Assembly: GCA_965153455.1 (NCBI GenBank)
Contig: OZ234493.1
Span: 1,674,001-1,738,000, forward strand
Origin: Sphagnum compactum
Lineage: Eukaryota
DNA: 64,000 bases
Reading direction: 5' to 3'
A program made the translations under genes and the position numbers. Of the stretch, positions 55,614 to 64,000 are shown one piece after another. The notes under the pieces are model-generated. The model worked only from the letters and a program-made list of their open reading frames with translations, made no database searches and had not been told where the DNA came from. Positions within the stretch are counted from its first letter, which is position 1; each line of letters begins with the position of its first letter.

Positions 55614-56144
55614 TTCTTATACTCCCATGCTCTCTTCTTCTTCACTCCTATGTCGCCGTCCGTGCTCCTTTCCCCTGCTGCTGCAATCGATCAATCAGAA
55701 CCTCAAATCAAACTCAAACGACACATCCTCCTGCTCCTCCTCCTACTCAAAAAAAGGAAAAAAACAGAAAAAAAGAAAAACAACAACAACAACAACAAAT
55801 TCAGCGAAGATCTACTGCCTTCAAACTGCTACGGATCCTGGAAAACAGACGGGAACTCGGAATTACTCTATCTATCTGTTGCAAATTACTAATGCCGCAA
55901 CATACAAAAAGATAGATGCCTTGCTTCTTTCTCTCTTCTCTCTCTTTTTCTCTCTGTCTGTATTGCTACTCACCCGCAACTGTACCAAGAATTCGCCTCC
56001 AAGCTAACGCTGGCTGCACGCAGCGATGTGCACTGAAGCCGTGAGGAGAGGAGCGAAGAGCTGCGTGCGCAGCGGAGAAGCTGAAACCGCGAAGAAAGTC
56101 GCGGAAGGGGATATTCTGGCACCGTGGTCGGTAGCTGATTACAA

Positions 56145-56226
56145 TCCAGACCTGACCATTCCAAACTTGACCTAACTATTCCAGTCTGGACCTAGCTATT
56201 CCAGACTTGACTTGACTATTCCAAAC
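56145..56226. repeat. ~20-bp minisatellite x4 upstream of the SUN gene
   Basis: Repeated tcca(g/a)ac(t/c)tgac..(a/g)ctat units. Confidence 0.65.
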
Positions 56227-56269
56227 ATTACCGGACGAAGCCTTTGCCACCAGTCAAGTACATAGTAGC

Positions 56270-56373
56270 GCCACGTAGTAAAAAGTCCACTAATTTCTAT
56301 ATCCAGTCGTCTTGACCAGCTGGAGTTGTAAGAGAAGAATCTGCCATGTGTCATGTTCTTTATGCCACGTGTC
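56270..56373 (-). promoter_or_regulatory. ABRE/G-box cluster upstream of the mid-SUN gene
   Basis: GCCACGT at 56270-56276, GCCATGTGTC at 56343-56352 and GCCACGTGTC at 56364-56373, just upstream of the GC-rich putative TSS zone (about 56000-56130). Confidence 0.45.
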
Positions 56374-56771
56374 GAATTCTGGTTTGTGAATGGATTGAGA
56401 ATCTTCTGCTGGGCTGTCACAGATTCTACAGTAAAATGCTTTTTAAAAAACAGAGAGGATCTAACTTTGTTGACAGCTAATCTCAGCTTTTGAACTTTGC
56501 ACCAGTGCTGGGCGGGTATCTATCTGATATGGGGGGGAGGGGGGGGGGTTTTAATAACCGTTCGTCCCTGTTTTAGAAACGTTTCAAAATCAGAGAACCG
56601 CCGGCGCCGGACATTACAGATTGCGAATGGAAGAACCACCGGTTCTGGTGATACCGGTGTCACTTTGGGGGCCTAGGGTGAACCAGCACCGACATTGCTA
56701 CCGTTGTAAAGATCTCAAAATCCATTGAAAGTATTTCTAACTATTACAAATGTCCCATGCTTAGACTATTA

Positions 56772-58502
56772 TAGTGTTGGGTGGGTATTAGAAAAAATGT
56801 GAGAACCGGACAAGGTTTCAAGCCAATTCACAATGTGAAATCCCTAGGTTATCATATTGAGTATATGCCCTTTATGGAACTTGATTGTAGGATTTTATGT
56901 TATGCGAGAACCGGGCCTTATTTGAAACCTTGATCAAATGTATATTTATGTTTTATTGAAACCTTGATTGAGTATTAAAAAAATTTAGGGTCAGAGTTTT
57001 GAAGTTTAGAATTAATTAGATAGTTTGGAGTCACTAGGGTTTAGTGTTTAGTCAATAGTTAGTTTAGGGTTTAGTTAGGTTTAGGTTTAGCTATTAAACG
57101 GTGCCGCTTGTCGCTTCATATAAAGCAAGTGTTTCCAACTTTTTTTTCATTGTGTGAGTTTTTTTTTCTCTTCTTTGCTTGTTATTTGTTGCTTAGATTA
57201 ATTAGTTTGAATAGGTTCCTTGGTTAGTAGTTGTTGCTTGATGCTCCTTACTCGATCTTGCTTACTTGGTGTTCCTTGTTCAATGCTCCTTATTTGATGT
57301 TGTTGTTGCTTTTGTTGCTCCTTGCTTAATGTTGCTACTATTCTTGTTACTCCTTGCTCAATGCTCCTTGTTCATTATTGTTATTCCTTTTGTTGTTGCT
57401 TGATGTTATAGTTTCTCTTGTTACTCCTTGCTCAACGTTGTTATTTCTTTTGCTATTTTTTGTTCGATATTGTTACTCCTTTTGCTATTCATTGTTCGAT
57501 GTTGTTGTTCTTCATTCTTTGTTCGATGTTACTGCTCCTTTGGTCATTTGTTCTTAATGTGGTTTGCTCTAGTATCTTTATATTACGTCATGATGTTATT
57601 GTTTTTTTGCTCCTTGTTTTTTGTTCCTTGTTTTTTGTTCAATGTTGTTATTCCTGTTTTTCTTGTGCTCTTCTTGTTTCAGATTGATACTTCCCCTTTT
57701 AGTTTTTTTGCAGGTGTGGAAGGAGCTGTCCAAATGCAAGTTTTTTAGGCCAAATTTGGATGGTGAGATTTAAAAAACAAAAAATCTTTGTTTGTTGATG
57801 AATTTTTTTATTATTCGTGTTGTTTTTGAAATTTTTTGGTTGAGAATAGTTTGTTTGTTGTGTGCAAGAATTATTTGAACATTGTACATTTAATTATACA
57901 CCTTGCATTTCACTTTTCCACATTGCATTTCATTTGTGCAATTGCATTGTGTATTTTTTCAACACATTTAATCTTTTTTTTTTTTTTTTCAATAGCTTGT
58001 AAATTTTAGGTTAATTTTTGAATAGATAGCAATATTTTATTTTGGAAAAAAACATGTTTATTTAAGGTTTAGGGTTATGCCTTCCAATTTGGCACAGTTA
58101 ATTTGAATAGATTTAGGTTTTGAAGAGGAGTTAAAAAAAGTTAAAAGCTCATTTGAATGAGATGAAATAATGGACATATAATTTGAAAAGAAATTTGAGA
58201 AATTTAGATTTTTATTTGTTATTTTAGTATTTTTAAACATTAAAAATTAGTATTTGAAATAATAAAATTTATCATAATTGGTATGTGAAAATTGGCTTTG
58301 AAAATTGACTAACATACGATGTGTGAGGACCAATGTTTTGAAACCCAGGTGAAATTATTTTTTGCAAATTTTTGAAACCTTGCTTGGGTTTGTAGAAGAT
58401 GAAAAAAAAAATTAAAAAAAAAAGACTAGGTTGGCTCTATCAAAACATTTTAATATTCGGACCCGATGGTTCTCAAAAAATCTAAAAAACTGCCCAACAT
58501 TA
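56772..58502. mobile_element. Non-autonomous hAT-like element with internal TTGCTCC/TTGTT low-complexity tract
   Basis: Ends tagtgttgggtgg and ctgcccaacatta are inverted repeats, with GAACCG motifs near the left end. There is no clear TSD. A related end cagtgctgggcgg lies at 56503. Confidence 0.4.
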
Positions 58503-58855
58503 TTATACTAGAGTCTTTGAATTCAAATCTAACATTTTTTGTGCTTAATATGAGCATTAAGATGCCTCATTCAAAAAGATAAAGTACCAATGTGGGTTTT
58601 GGTTCTAGCCACTTTGGAGATCATTAAATGTTGAAGCATAGTGATGCAGGTTGTCACTTTGAAGATTTATTAAATGTTGGTTTTCACTGATACTTATAAT
58701 AGAAAGCTCTCACGAATCATCATACAAAGAAATCAACAATGGCATTTTGCCAAGTTCATTTTAGGTACCTACTTGTTTACAAAGTCCACTTTGCAAAATT
58801 GCAAATGCCACATTGTTATTTTGCTATTTTATAATTTTTGAGAACATTAAAATGA

Positions 58856-59680
58856 GGCTCACTTTAGACAAGGGTCCAAGGAACAGGGTTCAATAAAATC
58901 AAGCATTCTTGGTGGTCAAGAGCTTTAAATTGGTCCCAAGGCCTTTAGATAGGGATCAAGGACCAAGAAAAATCAAACTGTGATTTAGCCAACATGGCAT
59001 CATTTCGGAGGAAAGACCAATTGGTCCAAGCCAAAAAAATGAGTTTAAATAAGAGCTCATGATTTGGAGAATCAAAGTGTAAGCTAAAATCCCAGGTTCA
59101 TTTTTTGGTTTTTTTTCATTGTTTTCTTTTACCCTTGTTCAAATTCTGTGATAATGGAAAACATGCTATGGATTGAGGATATTGTTATAGCTCCCCCATT
59201 TTGGATCATTTCTAGAGTTGACATAGTTGGTTTTGTGGATCCTTGCCTAGTGATTGCTAGAAGAAATGTATTTTCAGTCTTTCATGTGCATGAAATGAAA
59301 GGTGAATCAAAAAGTGGGGCAAAAAATGAAAAGTTGAAACAAGTGGAAGAGGATTTGAATCTATAAAAGATGCTTAAATAGATTTCTATTTCAAAGAAAA
59401 GCATTAAGGAAAGAGGCAGTTGCCATATTTTGTGCCTTCGTTCATCCATTGTGTGTAGTAAGAATTCAAAAAGAAAAAAGAATAATCGAAGATTCACCTA
59501 ATCCTCTCACATACCAATCACACATTTTTGATATTGAACCCTTGAATTGGTCCTGAAGCTTTTAGAGACAGTCATTAGAAAAAAATTGTTTTTTTTATGT
59601 GAAGAAAGGTCCAATTTAAGGATTTGCTTCAAATTGGTCCCTGGGATTTTGGTCCCTGGACCCTTGTCTAGAGGTGGCCT
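58856..59680. mobile_element. MITE with about 30-bp TIRs and 3-bp TSD (PIF/Harbinger-like)
   Basis: Left end ggctcactttagacaagggtccaagg matches the reverse complement of the right end aggccacctctagacaagggtccaggg. TGA flanks both sides (58853-58855 and 59681-59683). Confidence 0.6.
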
Positions 59681-62562
59681 TGAGAAGAAAGGTATTGTAA
59701 TAGAAAAGTATGGATGGGAAGTTTTTAAGGTTACTGTTTGGACAGGCAGATCTTCATTAGACTCATGGTGTTAAAAAAAGTCTCTGCTGTTTTGTTATTC
59801 ACAGAAAGGTTTCTTGGAGGAAGCTTTGATGTGATGATAAGCTTGTTTTTTAAGTTTGTGCGAAAGTTTAGGGATAAGTATAATGTTCATTGTTTTACTC
59901 TTGAATGGAGGAGAATGGTGTGAGTTGTGGAGCATGGGAGTTCTGCAACTACAAAGGGGCATGGGTTTGGAAGCTAAGTATTATGGCTGGTGTTGTATGA
60001 TTTTGTGTGTAGAGATTGATTTAGAATGTTGACTTGTAATGAAGGGAAGAATGCTCAAGATTAGTAGATTGTGATTAGCTTTTTGCAGGGTTGATCTTGC
60101 TCTTTCTGTTGCGCAGTTGACCTCTTAAAAAGAATATGGGTATATTCACAGATATGTCTATGCTTAAGGAAATGATGAAAGATCTAAGGATTTTGTGAGT
60201 GATCAATTGGCAAGGAGCATGTTTGAGTGATTACTGTGATGAGGATGGAAGTGTTTTGGATTAAGGAAGAGAGTACCCAGCAGTCTGGGACCTCCGAGAG
60301 TGTGTTTGCACTACTTAATTGGGTCTGTAGAATTATTCCAGTTGGCTGTCAAGCAGCATTTGTCAAACTTCCTGAGTCTGTTCTGCAGAGTGGGTGGGGA
60401 CATCAGCATTCTCAAGTTGGGCATTATGTCTTTTCCGGAGTTTTTAGTTTGTTGTCTGCAAGTAATTCATTGACGGTTGACAGTATGGGAATTGTTCAAC
60501 GTGACATTGGGGTAATCTGTCACAAATGTTTTTCTTGATTGATTGTGGTGCTGAGGGAAGCTCCAGATATCCCAATTTGAGCAGTTGAAGAAGCTCAAGA
60601 GAGTGAAATTTGGAGTGGTCGGACCCCTGTAGACATATATTCAGTGTATCTGACAACTAAATTGCATTATTCCTTTTGGTATTCTTACCTTCTGGCTATA
60701 TTGTAGCCTTGGCTACTACATGAAAGAAACCTCTGAGGGATGGGGGTTGGTGGGTACCCCTTGCCTTCAGAAGGTATTACTTTTTCTACCTCATCATAGT
60801 AATGGGATGAATGTTAATTTCAATCCTTTGAAAAATATGGTAGTTTTGGAAATTGATCAAATATTCAACTTATTTAGTTTTTAAAAAAAAAACCCACATT
60901 TCAAATTGCTTTATTTTCTATCAATATGGGGTCCAAAAAAAATTCTACTAAATATTCCTAAAAGTTAAAAAAAAATCTCCAAAGTACTAAGTAATTCCAT
61001 ACTGCCAAGGAATGGAGATATTTTGGTTATATCTAAAACATCTCTTGACATGATAGATGTTATTATATCATGTCTTTGATATTTGGTGGCCATAACATTG
61101 ATTATAATGACTATCTTCTGAGATATTGAAAAAATTTGAGAAATAGAAGTAGTAGTTGAAGTTACACTAAAAACAATTTATTGACAATATTTTAAGATAT
61201 ATTGTGCTTTTCATATTATATCAAAATTCTAATATATTGATCTCTTCATTATTTATATTCGTATTGTTGTCTAACATTTATAAAATTTCTTATTCTCATA
61301 TCATAAACTATATGTTGCTTGAGACTCAACTTAACATCCCCATAATGGGCTCCAAATTTCGAGCCTTCGTAGTAACATGAGAAAGCCAAATTTGATGTTG
61401 TATATATATATATATGTACTGGATTGCAAGTTATTTAATAAAAAATTGAAAATATATTTGAAACCTAGAAGGCATTTTAACCTGTAGTGTTTTTTTTTTC
61501 CAACAAGTGTTGTCATTTTTTTGACAAAAAATGTTGCAATTTTTTTTGAATTGTTTTTCTAGTGTAAATTTGATTAATTTGGCCAATTTTTTGGAAACAT
61601 TTGCCAAAATTTCTATATCAAAAATTGAAAAAAAAAAAACCAGATTCCAAGCTTTATGAAGAACAACAGAAAATAACTAATTATGATGTATTTATATTAA
61701 ACTCAAACCTGCCATATATATCACATACCTTTTTCACAATTTTTACAAAATATATATTACAATTATATATTACAATTTTTATAAAATTTGGAAACTTGGA
61801 AAAGAAAAAAACCTGTTTCCATTAACACCAATTTGTTTAGTCTTATTTTTAAATTTAGATCAATGAAAATTGTTTTAAAAATGTTTTTGGAAAAAATATC
61901 AATTTTAGATTCGAGTTCTCTAACCAAAAGTAACAGCGAGAAAAGTCTTGGAGAATGATGGCCGTCCGATTCACAATCGATGACCGTCGATTTCTCAGCG
62001 ATCTCTCTCGCTCCCCCGACCCTCAGCCCTAAGTTCGTAAGAGTTCGAAAACTGCGACCTCCCGAGTCCCCTGCGCCACATGCAAAGCAAGACACTCTCA
62101 ATTTCCTCCCAAATCCGTCGTCGTCGTTGTCGTTGCAAGAGTGATTTCAGTAGCGATTTTCAGGATTCCAAAGTGACATAATGTTGTACTCTTGTGTGTC
62201 TGAGTTTCTGGATATTAGCGCGAGGTTTTAGAGGAATTCCAAAAACTCTGTTTGAAACAACTAGAGTCCCTACCTTAGACTCTCGCTGGAGAATCATTCT
62301 TGAGGAGACACTAGACTCGTCGCGTAGAACGAATAGCTGCGAGACCTGTTTCTGTTTTTCTTTTGCAGCTTTAGATTGGGACAACGTTGCCAAAATTTTC
62401 AGTTATCTGATCAATCGCAGAGAGACTTGGGTTGGTGAGATTCTCGTGAGATTTTGAGATCAGTAGCTGACAAAGACGAACTTTGGTTGACCAGTGCAGA
62501 GATTTTCGCGAGATTGTGAGAGCAGCTTCTGTAGCTGACAAACATCGGAGCTCAGCAATATC

Positions 62563-63964
62563 ATGGCATTAGACATGACAATAAATTCTGGTCCGTTGGA
62601 GCATCAGCACGACATGAGAATCAGATCATCGCCGGTGAACAATAATCCTGCATTGTCGAGAAGCTCGATCAAGTCGGTGGAGACTCGGCGGTCAGAGAAT
62701 CATGCTGCAATGGTCGCAGCGACCGCTTCTCGTGGATCGGTGCAGCAGCATGGCGGAACGTCGACATGGAGCAGATCACCGGGAATTACGCACAGTACTA
62801 CTACAGCATTGTCAAAAAGCTCGATTTCGGTACTACAGACTCGCGGCGGGCGGCCAGCAGCTAGGACTCACGCATTGACGGTAACAGCAGCAACTAGTCC
62901 TGGCGCGCTGCAGCATGCAGGCGAAATATTGTCGTCGACATGGAGCAAGCCGGATTCAATGTGGCATCTGGTGAATCTCAAGACCATGAAGCCCGTGAAG
63001 AACTATGAGCAGCTCTCCCGCATCATGCAGAACCTGGGTTGGTCTTTCTATGTGACTCCACAGCGAGACTTGTGGTGTACATGGGGGACTTGTCACCAGG
63101 CTGATGTTCAGCACGCCTGTCTCCCATACCCTGATATCGGTACTCGTAGCCGCTAGCACTTCCCCTACCAGACTGATCACACTCTGCTGAACTTTCCTCA
63201 AGACCCATTTGCTTTTCCTTTGTAAGAGTTCTAGATGTTCCTGGTCATGCATGTCGTCACATTGAGGCTCGTGAAGAATGCAGAGACTGGCTCATGTACA
63301 CATGTTCATGGGTTTAGGGAAGAAATCTGAGGGAGAGATTTGGGGTTTTTCACTTTAACAGGATCTGCGACCAGAGCAGAGCTGAATCGATTTGTAAGAA
63401 AACTGGAGTACGCAGGGCTTGCGGGTATCCTTGGTGTGGAGGCGGGAGAATTGCCAGCAGCTGCCTCACGGCTGAGCGAGGACATCAAAGCCGGAAACGT
63501 TCAAGTATCGCTTGCTGTGAAGGGTACCGATCGGCGGATAGAGACCTTCAAGGATCTTGCCGAGGTAGGCCCAATCGGATGATCTCTCGAGTGCATCTTC
63601 TTTTGTTTTCAGTAAGCTCGAGATTGTGGTACTTGCAAGTTGCGTGCAACAGAGTCGGATCCTTGTGATACATGATGATGGGTTGCGCTGATTCTAGTGT
63701 TGCATGATTGTTGTGAACAAACTGCAGGCACTGGTTGGGAGAGGATGGAGACGAGTGAGTGACAATCACTTCTACAGGTTCGAGAGCAGCCCTGTTACGC
63801 CCATCTGCCATGTGATCTCTGTCATCCACTTGCCTCTCCTGCGAAGCTTCCGGCAAGTGTGTTTGGAGGATCTGGAGAGCATCGTTCGCTTAACTGGATC
63901 TCTTTTCTACCTCCGCTTCAACAATGCTCTCACCATGGACCCAGCTACCCTCTCAGCTCTACAG
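62563..63964 (+). CDS. Protein with two tandem divergent FPF1-like domains and a repeated Ser/Thr-rich N-terminus (5' part only, at least 339 aa; continues beyond the window)
   Basis: Exons 62563-63139 (G|GTACTC), 63362-63564 (ttaacag| ... GAG|GTAGGC) and 63728-63964 (ctgcag| ... CAG|GTCTCG; the frame also stays open to the window end). Phases 1 and 0 are consistent. The spliced product twice contains the FPF1 pattern hhxhxTxxx[VI]x[NT][YF]xxLxxxhxxxGW...hxLPxxx[DS][IF]......[FI]VR. Confidence 0.75.
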
Positions 63965-64000
63965 GTCTCGGAACTTCTCATGTCCTCAATGATCTTGAAC

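Noticed and set aside
55474-56007. 177-aa plus-strand ORF, and other antisense ORFs over the coding exons
   Set aside because: Shadow frames of real genes or of low-complexity UTR; no motifs.
57354-57748. Hydrophobic ORFs resembling membrane proteins
   Set aside because: Translation of a TTG/TTC-rich low-complexity tract inside a repeat element.
63154-63339. In-frame stops suggesting the FPF1-like gene is a pseudogene, and an LLNFPQDPFAF stretch resembling FPF1
   Set aside because: All the stops fall inside a phase-consistent GT-AG intron (63140-63361), and the spliced version aligns better.

Overview
Eukaryotic, intron-rich land-plant nuclear DNA. The repeat style and gene content suggest a moss, possibly Sphagnum-like; this is inference and not provable from the window. 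I assembled four protein-coding genes by hand from GT-AG splice sites and reading-frame phase. (1) A cytosolic alkaline/neutral invertase (GH100), minus strand, 9108-11779, 5 coding exons, 587 aa. (2) An RSA1/EMB1579 (CCAR1/DBC1-family) gene, minus strand, 29450-39377, 22 coding exons, about 1309 aa. (3) A mid-SUN (SUN3/4/5, Slp1-type) membrane protein, minus strand, about 51740/52034-55613, about 955-960 aa. (4) A plus-strand gene starting at 62563 and running off the window. Once spliced, it encodes a Ser/Thr-rich repeated N-terminus followed by two tandem, highly divergent FPF1 (flowering-promoting factor 1)-like domains. The ORF track shows only fragments of it, and it is the most unusual item here. 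Intergenic DNA is AT-rich and contains MITE-like elements, Helitron-type ends, a decayed RPA70-like OB-fold gene, palindromes and several tandem or higher-order repeats. I found no rRNA, tRNA or CRISPR array. Family assignments rest on remembered motifs, not database searches.
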